This document shows positions 9,823 through 18,839 of a stretch of DNA of 64,000 nucleotides, one piece after another. Position numbers and translations under genes: made by a program. The notes beneath the pieces are model-generated. The model was given only the letters and a program-made list of their open reading frames with translations. It did not search any database and was not told the origin of the DNA. Numbering within the stretch: the stretch's first letter is position 1; every line of letters starts with the position of its first letter. Location: assembly GCA_049515535.1 (NCBI GenBank), contig JBEKTZ010000003.1, forward strand, positions 62,001-126,000, given 5' to 3'. This DNA is from Candidatus Aminicenantales bacterium. GTDB taxonomy: Bacteria > Acidobacteriota > Aminicenantia > Aminicenantales > UBA4085.

Positions 9823-10368
9823 CTATTCGGAAAATACCTGGGCTTCGAAAACTTCGAGGGCCGCCCCTTTTTTCCAGTCGTTCTCCGGCAGGCCGGCCTT
9901 CAAGCAGCCGTGCCGCAGGTACGTCTCCAAATCCCAATGGTATTCCTCCGGGACCTGGGGCAACAAAAGCCCTTTGTGATGGCCTTTGGAGACGATGATC
10001 CCGTGTTTTCCGACGATGATTTCCCGGGGGTCCTTGACGGGAAGCGGCACGGTCAGCACGGAGATCTCGACCCGTAAACGGTCCAGGTCGGGCTCAACCA
10101 GCGGGTCGAAACGGTAGTCTTGGGTCGCGGCCGCGACGGCCATTTCGACGACGGCTTCGGCCAGAGGCTTGTGGGGCAAGGGATAGCCGATGCACCCGCG
10201 CAGCTCGCCGTCGACCTTAAGCGTGACGAAAACGCCGCGTTTAGCGCGGAGGACCGGATCATCGGTCTCGGCCTCGATGGACCGACCGGTCCGGATTTTG
10301 GCCGTGACGGCCGCCCGGGCCAGATCGAGGAGGAATTTCTTCTGCGTATCATTCAAAAAGTCACTCAT
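9823..10368 (-). CDS. amrA: AMMECR1-domain protein (AmmeMemoRadiSam protein A)
   Basis: FVTL..GELRGCIG, GLLLPQV, KAGL motifs. Confidence 0.92.
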   Translation of the reverse strand: MSDFLNDTQKKFLLDLARAAVTAKIRTGRSIEAETDDPVLRAKRGVFVTLKVDGELRGCIGYPLPHKPLAEAVVEMAVAAATQDYRFDPLVEPDLDRLRVEISVLTVPLPVKDPREIIVGKHGIIVSKGHHKGLLLPQVPEEYHWDLETYLRHGCLKAGLPENDWKKGAALEVFEAQVFSE

Positions 10369-10790
10369 GACGGCGTCTCGTCCTTGGCTTTCGCCCGCGG
10401 TTCTTCCATCGTCACCAGGATCGGCTCCAATTCAAAACGGCCGTCATAATCGATCAGGCATCCGATGAGAAGGGATTGTCCCGAGGGAAGGGAATCGATC
10501 GCCAGAAAAAACTTGCCGCAGGCGGACGGCTGCAAAAACGCTCTTTCTTTTTTTTCGTCGGAATGGAATTGGAAAAAACCGATGATCTTTCCCTCGAAAA
10601 TGCCATCGAGAAGATGGAGACTTTTCAGGGACGGTTTGAATCCGGCGGGCGCGGGAAAGGCCCTCTCGACGACGAACCGGCGGCCCCGCTTGTGGCCGAT
10701 GAGCAGTCCCGAGACGCTTTTTCCGGGCGCGATCGATTTGATCGCCCGGAGGGCCTGCTGGGCTTCCATGGAGATAAAAGCGTCCATCAT
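10365..10790 (-). CDS. Hypothetical protein, possible degenerate MPN/JAB-like fold
   Basis: Coupled to neighbours (ATGA overlap with amrA); SGLLIGH..VERAFP..IIGFFQFH. Confidence 0.6.
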   Translation of the reverse strand: MMDAFISMEAQQALRAIKSIAPGKSVSGLLIGHKRGRRFVVERAFPAPAGFKPSLKSLHLLDGIFEGKIIGFFQFHSDEKKERAFLQPSACGKFFLAIDSLPSGQSLLIGCLIDYDGRFELEPILVTMEEPRAKAKDETPS

Positions 10791-10797
10791 GTTTTCT

Positions 10798-12321
10798 TCA
10801 TTCCAGGCTGCCGACGGCTTTTTCGACCTCTTCGAGGATCTCGCCGGACTTTACCAGCGCTTTCATCTTGTTGTGGTCGATGTGGAGCGGCCGATCCACG
10901 TCGAGATGGGCGATATGCTTCCGGATTACGGCGCGCGCCGTTTGAACGCCTTTGCCCGGCGTGAACTCGCGGAAATCGAGGGCTTGGGCGGCGGCCATGA
11001 ACTCGATGCCGAGCACGCCGTAGGCGTTATCGAGGATCTGGACGTTTTTGAGCGCCGTATTCATGCCCATGGAAACGAAATCCTCCTGGTCGGCGGCGGC
11101 GGGAATGGACATCGTCGAGGCGGGCGCGGACAGGATCCTCTGTTCGACGATCAGTGTGTCGGCGGTGTATTGGCTGAGCATCATGCCGGAGAACATGCCC
11201 GCCCCTTTCGTCAGGAACGCCGGCAGCCCCACGCTCAAGGCCGGGTTGGTCAACCGGTTGAGCCGTCGCTCGGCGAGGACGCAGACCATCGTCACGGCAG
11301 CGCTGATCATGTCCATGGGCAGCGACACGGGCGAGCCCTGGAAGTTGGCGCCCGTCAGGGTCAATCCGTGCTCGGGCAGAAAAATCGGATTGTCGGCGAC
11401 GGCATTGAGCTCGATCTCGATCTGACGGCGCGCGTGGGCGACGGCATCGTGGGCCGCGCCGATGACCTGCGGCGAGGATCGCATGGAATAAGCGTCTTGG
11501 ACCTTGGTTTTGATCTTCCCTCCGGCCAGGTCGCTCCCTTGGATACATTTCATGATGGCCCGGGCCGAGCGGATGGCGCCGGGAAATCCGCGCTCTTCGT
11601 GAAGGCGGACGTCGTATGGCTTCAAATTGGCGATCAGGGCTTCGAGAGACATGGCGCAGGCGATCTCGGCCTGCTTCAGCCAGCGGTTGATGTCGTAAAG
11701 CTGGAGAGCGCTGATGGCCGTGAGCAAGTTGGATCCGTTGATGGAGGCCAGGCCGTCGCGGGCCTGGAGACCCGGGATCGGAATGCCGGCGCGTTCCATC
11801 GCCGCGCTGCCCGGCAGGCGCTCGCCCTTGTAGAAGGCTTCCCCTTCTCCCATGAGCAGAAGCGCGATCTGGGACATTGGGGCCAGATCTCCGCAGGCGC
11901 CGACGGATCCTTTCTGGCAGATGACGGGTGTGACGCCTTTATTGAGCATCTCCACGAACGTTAGCGTGATCTCGGGCCGGCAGCCGGAGCGGCCTTTGGC
12001 CTGGACGTTGATCCGGCCGGCCATGGCCCCGCGGACGTGCTCGACGGGAGCCGGATCGCCGATGCCGGCGGCGTGATTGTAGATGAGATACTTCTGGAAG
12101 TCTTGGACTTGCTCGTCCGTGAGGACCACTTCGGAGAATTCTCCGATGCCCGTATTTACGCCGTACATGATCTCCCGGGCCTTGATCTTCTCTTCGAGCA
12201 TCGCCCGACAGCGCTTGATCTTTGCCAGGGACTCCGGATGGAGCTCGATTTTTTCATTGTGCCGGGCGATCGAGGTCAATTGCCCGACCGTCAGATGGGA
12301 ACCGTCAAGAACGATGGCCAC
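10798..12321 (-). CDS. hutH: Aromatic amino-acid ammonia-lyase (histidine ammonia-lyase-like)
   Basis: YGVNTGIG, GSVGACGDLAP, QDAYSMR, DNP, QEDFVSMG; GTG start with GGAGG RBS; substrate not certain. Confidence 0.85.
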   Translation of the reverse strand: MAIVLDGSHLTVGQLTSIARHNEKIELHPESLAKIKRCRAMLEEKIKAREIMYGVNTGIGEFSEVVLTDEQVQDFQKYLIYNHAAGIGDPAPVEHVRGAMAGRINVQAKGRSGCRPEITLTFVEMLNKGVTPVICQKGSVGACGDLAPMSQIALLLMGEGEAFYKGERLPGSAAMERAGIPIPGLQARDGLASINGSNLLTAISALQLYDINRWLKQAEIACAMSLEALIANLKPYDVRLHEERGFPGAIRSARAIMKCIQGSDLAGGKIKTKVQDAYSMRSSPQVIGAAHDAVAHARRQIEIELNAVADNPIFLPEHGLTLTGANFQGSPVSLPMDMISAAVTMVCVLAERRLNRLTNPALSVGLPAFLTKGAGMFSGMMLSQYTADTLIVEQRILSAPASTMSIPAAADQEDFVSMGMNTALKNVQILDNAYGVLGIEFMAAAQALDFREFTPGKGVQTARAVIRKHIAHLDVDRPLHIDHNKMKALVKSGEILEEVEKAVGSLE

Positions 12322-12402
12322 GATATCCTCCCGACGTCTTTGATTTTAAGTCTCTATGATAGGGGAAAACACGGGGAAAATCAAAAAAGAGGGAATCTCG
12401 GC

Positions 12403-13197
12403 TTATTGTGTTTCGGCCCAGACGATGATGACGTTGCCGCGCGTGAAAAAAAGCAGTTTGTCGAGACGGGAGATCAGCCAGACAGCGGGATAGATGAATT
12501 TGTAGAACTTGAAGGCCTTGCTCTGCGCGGCGAATTCGTCCGACGTCGACGGCCGAATGTGGCCGTCCCGGAGCTTGGACTGCGGTTTTTTAGCCAGCAC
12601 GTTCACGTAAACGGCGTTCAAGATGAGCTCGAGGAGTTCGGTGAAAAACCGGGAACTGGTCTTATACTTGATCAGCCGGAAGCCGGCTTTCCCGAGTTTT
12701 TCCTCGAGATCGCGCCGGCCGTAGCCTTCCCTTTTATGCCCATAGAACGCGAGCTTCAATCCGACCAGGGGACGGATCTTCTGCAGGATGAAGAATTTTC
12801 CGCGGTGCGGGGTGACGAGAATAAGTTTGCCCCCGTCCTTCAAGGTTCTCCGGATTTCGGCGAGCGTAAGGTCATCGTCATCGACATGCTCCAGGTAGTC
12901 GAGGCATACGACCTGGTCGAACGATCGGTTCCGGAAGGGCAGGGCTCTCTCGCCGATCTGCACGAAATTCTTTTCGAGAAGGGCCCGGCTGGTTTCGAGG
13001 TTTGTGAAATCGAAGTCGGCGCTGACCCAATGGCCCCCTTTCCGCCGGAGAAAATAGCTCAATATCCCCTGGGCGCAGCCGAGATCCAGAAGAACGTCCG
13101 AGGGGGCGATGGGGATCTTCTTTTCGATCAGATCGATCTTTTCCTTTTTTTTGAGGGATTTCTTGACGATCTGAAGCTGCCAGGGCGCGAGGTCCAT
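12403..13197 (-). CDS. Class I SAM-dependent methyltransferase
   Basis: LLDLGCAQG, LPF..SFD, LEHV..D, GGKLILVTP. Confidence 0.88.
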   Translation of the reverse strand: MDLAPWQLQIVKKSLKKKEKIDLIEKKIPIAPSDVLLDLGCAQGILSYFLRRKGGHWVSADFDFTNLETSRALLEKNFVQIGERALPFRNRSFDQVVCLDYLEHVDDDDLTLAEIRRTLKDGGKLILVTPHRGKFFILQKIRPLVGLKLAFYGHKREGYGRRDLEEKLGKAGFRLIKYKTSSRFFTELLELILNAVYVNVLAKKPQSKLRDGHIRPSTSDEFAAQSKAFKFYKFIYPAVWLISRLDKLLFFTRGNVIIVWAETQ

Positions 13198-13305
13198 GGC
13201 CGCGATTATATCAAAAAAAGGCCGGATTGACTAAGTCCGGGAGGCTCAAGGAGAGCGTTGACTTAAGGTCGACGTCGGCGCTATGATAACCTCAGGGGAA
13301 GAGAG

Positions 13306-13926
13306 ATGAAGTACCGGACGGTCATTGTCGGGGCCCTCGAAACGAATTGCTACCTCGTCTATTGCGAGAGAACCCGCCAATGCGCCGTCATCGACCCGGG
13401 CGCCGATCCGGAACGGATCTTTCTCGAGATCGCCGAAGAGGATCTCCATCCGGTCGTCCTCATCAATACGCACGGCCACCTGGATCATATCGGCGCAAAC
13501 AAAGACATCAAAGACCATTTCGGAGTGCCGCTTGACATTCACGGCGGCGACAGCCCGATGCTGGGCAAGGTCCAGGAGCTCGAGCTCAGCCTGTTCCTGG
13601 GCGCCAAGGATTCTCCTCCCGCCGATCACCTTTTGAAGGACGGCGAGGAAATCAAGATCGGCGACTCCTCCCTTCGCGTTCTTCATACGCCGGGGCATTC
13701 GCCCGGAAGCATCAGCCTCCTGGGCGATGGGGTTCTCTTTTCCGGAGACACGCTTTTCATGGAAGGCGTGGGCCGGACTGACCTTCCGGGCGGCTCGCAG
13801 AAACAACTGGAACAATCCATCCGGGAAAAGATCATGACCCTTCCGGACGAGATCGTCGTCCTTCCCGGCCACGGGCCCCATACGACCGTCGGCCGGGAGC
13901 GCGAGGGCAATCCGTTTCTCACATGA
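13306..13926 (+). CDS. MBL-fold metallohydrolase (glyoxalase II-like)
   Basis: THGHLDH, HTPGHS, SGDTLF, PGHG. Confidence 0.93.
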   Translation: MKYRTVIVGALETNCYLVYCERTRQCAVIDPGADPERIFLEIAEEDLHPVVLINTHGHLDHIGANKDIKDHFGVPLDIHGGDSPMLGKVQELELSLFLGAKDSPPADHLLKDGEEIKIGDSSLRVLHTPGHSPGSISLLGDGVLFSGDTLFMEGVGRTDLPGGSQKQLEQSIREKIMTLPDEIVVLPGHGPHTTVGREREGNPFLT

Positions 13927-14837
13927 CCGCTCCCCAGCCTCGGTCCGGGGATTTTTCCGAAGACATTCTCTTCGAATTCAAGCTGTTCCTCAAAGCGGAA
14001 AAAACCCTTTCGGACAATTCGGTCCAGTCTTACGGGATGGACCTGGCCAAGTATTTACTGTTTTTGAAGGCGGAAAAAAAGTCCTGGGAAAACGCCCGGG
14101 AAAAGGATGTCGTCAAGTTCATCCATCAGCAGAGCCAGGGCGGACTATCCGCGCGTTCCCTCGCCCGCTTGATTTCGTCCCTGAAATCTTTTTATAAATT
14201 TCTGATCCTGGACGGGAGGGCCGGGACGAACCCGGCCGTCCATTTGACTTCGCCCAAGGCCTGGTTTTCGCTGCCCAAATTCCTGACCGTGAAAGAAGTC
14301 CTGACGCTCCTTCGCCAACCCGAAGCGGATGAGATCCAGGGAATCCGGGACCGGGCCATGCTCGAAGTCATGTACGCGGCCGGGCTCAGGGTTTCCGAAC
14401 TCGTCGGGCTGAAAAAGGACGATATTCATCTTCAGGACAGTTTCGTTCTCTGCCGCGGCAAGGGAGGGAAGGAAAGGATCGTGCCGGTCGGCCAGGCCGC
14501 CCTCGAGGCGGTCCGGAAATATCTTGACGCCGCGCGGCCGCGACTGGAGAAGAAATCCAGCGAGGCCCTTTTTTTGACCCGGCTGAGCGGGCCTTTCACG
14601 CGGCAGGGGTTCTGGAAAATGCTCCGCGGGCATGCCCGGGCGGCTCATCTCAACGCTAAGATCAGCCCCCATGTCCTCCGGCATTCTTTCGCCACGCACC
14701 TCCTGGAGAGGGGGGCGGATCTGCGTTCGGTGCAGCTTATGCTCGGGCACAGCCAGATCACGACGACGCAGATCTATACGCACGTCAGCCGCGAGCGGCT
14801 GAGGCGGGTTTACGACAAGTTCCATCCGAGAGCGTGA
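13923..14837 (+). CDS. xerD: Site-specific tyrosine recombinase XerD
   Basis: RDRAMLE.MYAAGLRVSEL, GKGGKER, HVLRHSFATHLL, LGH..ITTTQIY, FHPRA end. Confidence 0.92.
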   Translation: MTAPQPRSGDFSEDILFEFKLFLKAEKTLSDNSVQSYGMDLAKYLLFLKAEKKSWENAREKDVVKFIHQQSQGGLSARSLARLISSLKSFYKFLILDGRAGTNPAVHLTSPKAWFSLPKFLTVKEVLTLLRQPEADEIQGIRDRAMLEVMYAAGLRVSELVGLKKDDIHLQDSFVLCRGKGGKERIVPVGQAALEAVRKYLDAARPRLEKKSSEALFLTRLSGPFTRQGFWKMLRGHARAAHLNAKISPHVLRHSFATHLLERGADLRSVQLMLGHSQITTTQIYTHVSRERLRRVYDKFHPRA

Positions 14838-14855
14838 CGGGCGCGTCGATTCCGG

Positions 14856-15566
14856 TTAGCGAACGTCTTTCCTGGGCGTGATTTCGATCTTCGCCTTGAC
14901 CTCGTGGGTTTGGGACTGGAAAGCTGTTCCGCCCAGCGTTTGAATCCCGGTTTGGTATTTCCATGTCCAGGCGAACGTTTTTTCCGAAGGGCCGCGAAGG
15001 ATCGGATTCTCGTCCATGACGATCATATTGGAGCCCGATTTGACGAAGAGATCGTAGCCGATCCCTCCGAAATGGGCCAGGTTCTCCTTGGAAGCGGGAA
15101 GAACGAGATAGAATCCGGCTGGCGCCTTGCTTTTAGGGATTTCGAACCCTTCGACGGCGAAGTCGAAAACAAGGTTTTTTCCCGATTTCAAAATGTAATT
15201 CACCTTGAGCGCGGGTTTCTCCGGGATCTCTTCCGTGGATAGGGTTTTAAGGGAACCGGCGGAGTCGGATTTTTCCTCGATTTCCCAATTCGTCAACCGG
15301 CAATCGTTGTGAACGAGGAGGTAATCCTCGGCGTCTTTCTCGATGGTCCCGGTCCAGCGAAAGATGAAGGCGAACGCGCCGTCGATCTTAATCCCGCGCG
15401 CATCCATTTTATAATCGCCGCGGACATCGAGGGTGATGCCGACGGTCCATGACGGCGGCGTATCCTTCCGCTGCCCGGCAGGGGAGAGGGAGATGCCGAT
15501 GAAAATGAAAAGCGGAAGGGTGACGAGAAATCGCCGGGCGGTCAACGTTAATCTCATATTTTCCAA
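14856..15566 (-). CDS. Hypothetical exported protein
   Basis: N-terminal hydrophobic stretch; fills the gap between xerD and tolC; exact start uncertain. Confidence 0.6.
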   Translation of the reverse strand: MENMRLTLTARRFLVTLPLFIFIGISLSPAGQRKDTPPSWTVGITLDVRGDYKMDARGIKIDGAFAFIFRWTGTIEKDAEDYLLVHNDCRLTNWEIEEKSDSAGSLKTLSTEEIPEKPALKVNYILKSGKNLVFDFAVEGFEIPKSKAPAGFYLVLPASKENLAHFGGIGYDLFVKSGSNMIVMDENPILRGPSEKTFAWTWKYQTGIQTLGGTAFQSQTHEVKAKIEITPRKDVR

Positions 15567-15789
15567 TTTTAGCGCTTTTTGGACGGGATTTCAAAAGGCG
15601 GGAATGAGAAAGGCCCTGAAACACGGGCGCCTCTTCGGTCCAGGCGCCGGCGGCTTTCCGCCGTGAGCCTTCTTGTCAACCGCCCCATCTCCTGCTAATT
15701 TAGTAACGGTGGCTCAAGAGTAGTGGATATAAACCTAATAGAATGATTCAGGGATTCCCCGGACCGAGCTTCATATAAGGAGAGTCAAG

Positions 15790-17121
15790 ATGAAAAACAC
15801 GACTAAGACGCTGTTCGTCCTGGCTTTGGTTTTTCTGTCGCGCACGGTTTCTTATTCTCAGGAAAAAATCACGCTGACGCTGGAGGAAAGTGTTCGTCTG
15901 GCTCTCCTCCAAAACACTTTCTACCTGGCCGAAAAAGCGAAAGAAGAAGAGGCTTCATTCATGGTCAAGGAAGCCCTGTCGAATTTTTTCCCCGCGCTGA
16001 ACGCCCAGGTCACGCATGTCCTGGACAAAAAGGTCATGTCGATCCCAATGCCGTCCTTCTCTCCCGGGCAGGCCTCTCAAAAAATCCCGATCGATTTCAC
16101 GCGGAACTATCAGTTCTCGCTCTCGTTTTCCGTGCCCCTCTACGCCGGCGGGCGGATCGTCTCCGGCTACAAGCAGGCCAACGATAACCTGATGTCCACG
16201 AAAGAGGCGATCCGTCAATCCATGCAAGAGACGGTATTCAATGTCAAGAAAGGCTTTTATGGCTGTCTTCTCGCCCGGAAATTCGTGGACGTGGCGGAGG
16301 AAGCGGTGGGCCTGGCCGAAAAGCATCTGAAGAACGTCCGGAATCTTTTCGAGGCGGGGATGGCCTCCAAATTCGACCTCTTACGGTCGGAAGTCCAATT
16401 GGCCAACCTCCAGCCGCAGCTCATCCGCGCCAGGAACGGCTTGAAGACCGCCGAGCTCGGCCTCAAGACTCTTCTGGGGCTGGATCTGAAACAACTCGTC
16501 GACATCAAAGGGGAACTCAGCTATCAGGCTTTCGAAGCCGATTTGGACGCCGACGTCGCGCGGGCCCTGGCCAACCGTCCCGAGATCTCCCGACTCAACT
16601 ACCAAAAGGAAATCGGCTCTGAAATGCTGAAAATCGCGCGCGCCGCTTACGCTCCGACCCTTGCCGTCGGCGGCGCTTACAACTATTGGGGCAACCAGTT
16701 GAACTTCTCGAAGAACGATTGGGAGAGCTACTATTCCGTCAACCTCGTCCTGAACATCCCGATCTTCAACGGGTTCATCAACGCGGCCAAAGTCGGAGCA
16801 TCAAAGGCCCTGCTCAAGCAGATCGATCAAAACCAAAAAGGCCTCCTGGAAATGGTCAAGTTCGAGGTCCAGGAAGCCGTCCTCGGACTGCAGCAGGCCA
16901 AGGAATCTCTTCTCTCCCAGGAGAAGAACGTGGAGGAAGCTCAAGAGGCGGTGCGGATCGCCGAGCTGAACTATTCGGAAGGACTGGCCACGAACCTTGA
17001 CGTCAGCTCGGCCCATGTCGCCCTGTCCCAGGCTCGAACGAACTATTCCCAGGCGCTTTATGATTATGCTTTGGCCCTGGCCCAGCTCGAAAAAGCCGTC
17101 GGCGTAAGAGAAATCGGCTAG
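15790..17121 (+). CDS. TolC-family outer-membrane efflux protein
   Basis: Signal peptide; two OEP repeats (PLYAGG, PIFNG; YSEGLAT.LDV). Confidence 0.92.
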   Translation: MKNTTKTLFVLALVFLSRTVSYSQEKITLTLEESVRLALLQNTFYLAEKAKEEEASFMVKEALSNFFPALNAQVTHVLDKKVMSIPMPSFSPGQASQKIPIDFTRNYQFSLSFSVPLYAGGRIVSGYKQANDNLMSTKEAIRQSMQETVFNVKKGFYGCLLARKFVDVAEEAVGLAEKHLKNVRNLFEAGMASKFDLLRSEVQLANLQPQLIRARNGLKTAELGLKTLLGLDLKQLVDIKGELSYQAFEADLDADVARALANRPEISRLNYQKEIGSEMLKIARAAYAPTLAVGGAYNYWGNQLNFSKNDWESYYSVNLVLNIPIFNGFINAAKVGASKALLKQIDQNQKGLLEMVKFEVQEAVLGLQQAKESLLSQEKNVEEAQEAVRIAELNYSEGLATNLDVSSAHVALSQARTNYSQALYDYALALAQLEKAVGVREIG

Positions 17122-18260
17122 ACCTTATATCTTAGAAACGCCCCGATCTTCCCATAATGATCGAGCTTCGAGGGCGGCGTAACGTGCTTCACCTCGGCGT
17201 GGCTCCGGAACGCCGATTCGATCGCTTCGTCCACGACGTCCGCCACGGCGTCGGTCTTTTTCTGACAGGACGGGCAGACGCTCTCTTCGAGGTAGAGGAA
17301 TTTGCAGCGCGGGCAGATTTTCCCTTCGGAGGCGAAGTTGTGCGTCACGAACAGGGTCTGGACTTCGACCTGATTCAACCGGCGCAATGTCTCTTTGATG
17401 CCGGACACGGCCCGCCCGCCCTTCTCGAGCTCGGCGACGAATTTTTTTACGTTTTCCTCCTCCTCGGCCGAGTTGAGCCGCTGTTCGAGTTCGAGCGCTT
17501 CCTTGAGGACTTTGTCGGGCGCATCGGCCGGTTTGGCCTTGAGCCGGCCTTTTAAACGATCTTGAAGGTAACGATGAAGAAAGAGCTCCAAGTCAGAGAA
17601 GAAACCGTCGTCACAGCCGAGAAAAAGCCAGTCGAAATGGTCCTTTTTGAAAATCTCGAACGTCTGCTGCGAGGCCTTCTTGAAATGCTCGTGGACATGG
17701 GCTTCGATATGACGCTCGATGCGCCGGACCGAAGTCCCGTCGAAATCTCCTTCCTTGTCATGGACCGGAAGGTCGTTCGTCATCGTTTCCAAGGGCGATA
17801 TCTCTCCCATGAAGACTTTGTACCATTTGGCGTTCGGCCGTCCGATGAGGAAAACGCAGATGTGCCGGTAGCGTCCCAGGATCTGAGAGAGCGGCCGGAT
17901 ATAGGGGTTGTGGTCGAAGAGGATCCTGTTCCGCGGCGGATGGGGGAGATGGATGTCTTCCCAGAAATGCTCGCCCTGGCAGGAAAAAAGGGCCAGGCCC
18001 TGCGCGTTGGAAGTCATATTTTGAGAGCAAAAACGGCCGATCTGATCCAGGTCTTCGCTCAGCGACGTTTTTTTGTCCTTGGCGATATCCATGCTTTCAA
18101 GGCGCGTCCGGCCGACGGTCAATAGGTTCTTGGCCGAAATGAGAATCTCTTTTTTGGATTGACGGCTTTTATCGGTGTCCAGGAAGAACGAAGTCGTGAG
18201 GAACGTCTCGCTCTTGAAGCGAGAGAGGGCCTCGATCTGCTGCCGGCTCAGAAATTTCAT
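17118..18260 (-). CDS. Bacterial aeRF1/Vms1-superfamily (baeRF) protein with zinc ribbon
   Basis: GLALF, PYIRPL, C-terminal eRF1 domain-3-like region with CPRC..CPSC and IGAFLRY. Confidence 0.8.
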   Translation of the reverse strand: MKFLSRQQIEALSRFKSETFLTTSFFLDTDKSRQSKKEILISAKNLLTVGRTRLESMDIAKDKKTSLSEDLDQIGRFCSQNMTSNAQGLALFSCQGEHFWEDIHLPHPPRNRILFDHNPYIRPLSQILGRYRHICVFLIGRPNAKWYKVFMGEISPLETMTNDLPVHDKEGDFDGTSVRRIERHIEAHVHEHFKKASQQTFEIFKKDHFDWLFLGCDDGFFSDLELFLHRYLQDRLKGRLKAKPADAPDKVLKEALELEQRLNSAEEEENVKKFVAELEKGGRAVSGIKETLRRLNQVEVQTLFVTHNFASEGKICPRCKFLYLEESVCPSCQKKTDAVADVVDEAIESAFRSHAEVKHVTPPSKLDHYGKIGAFLRYKV

Positions 18261-18448
18261 AAAACCTCCTTCGACGGAATTGTGTTTTATTCGCCCCTTT
18301 GCTTTTTATTCGATCTCAGGACGCGCGCTCTCGTTATGGAGACGGCCATGCATTCTTACAATAAGAGCAGGGCCGTCGTTTGTCAAGTGGGAACGGAGGG
18401 GGCCCGGAGCGATGTCGGAATCCGCCCGAATTCCTTATTTTGGATCTT

Positions 18449-18650
18449 TACGAGCGGTTGATATGCCCCGTGGCTTGCCACGGGGAACCGCTCGTAGAGG
18501 GATCCAAGGGGGAGCCGCCCCCTTGGTCGCAGGGCAGGGTTTCATGCCCGGCCCGAGAAAGGGAGACAGAGCGACGCCGTTTTGTACCCTAGAGTACAAA
18601 ACGGTGTGCCCGTTGGAAGGGGGAAACGCGCAGCGGGTTCCCTCTCCAAA
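18449..18650. repeat. Four-hairpin intergenic element related to the 6.9-7.4 kb element
   Basis: Stems tacgagcggtt/aaccgctcgta, ccccgtggc/gccacgggg, ccaaggggg/cccccttgg, cgccgttttgtac/gtacaaaacggtg, ttggaagggggaa/ttccctctccaa. Confidence 0.7.
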
Positions 18651-18679
18651 TTGACTCCCGGAGGCGGGCCGAATATAAT
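18651..18679 (+). promoter_or_regulatory. Sigma70 promoter of tRNA-Leu
   Basis: TTGACT-N17-TATAAT. Confidence 0.8.
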
Positions 18680-18698
18680 AAAAAGGCTTTTCAGGCGT

Positions 18699-18789
18699 GC
18701 GGAAGTGGCGGAATTGGCAGACGCGTAAGCCTCAGGAGCTTATAGCCGATTATAAGGCTGTGTGGGTTCAAGTCCCACCTTCCGCACCA
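18699..18789 (+). tRNA. tRNA-Leu(CAG)
   Basis: Acceptor GCGGAAG/CTTCCGC, anticodon arm TAAGC-CTCAGGA-GCTTA, long variable arm, GGTTCAAGTCC T-arm, encoded CCA. Confidence 0.95.
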
Positions 18790-18839
18790 GAACCTGCCGG
18801 GGACGGCACCCGAGACGGGGCCGCCCCCGTTCTCTTTCC

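Noticed and set aside
13923..14837. Tyrosine recombinase as a prophage or island integrase, with tRNA-Leu as att site
   Set aside because: Typical housekeeping XerD, operonic with an MBL hydrolase; no duplicated tRNA 3' end or phage genes seen
18762..18839. N-terminal extension of the radical SAM ORF in the ORF track
   Set aside because: Overlaps tRNA-Leu; the real start is ATG 18840
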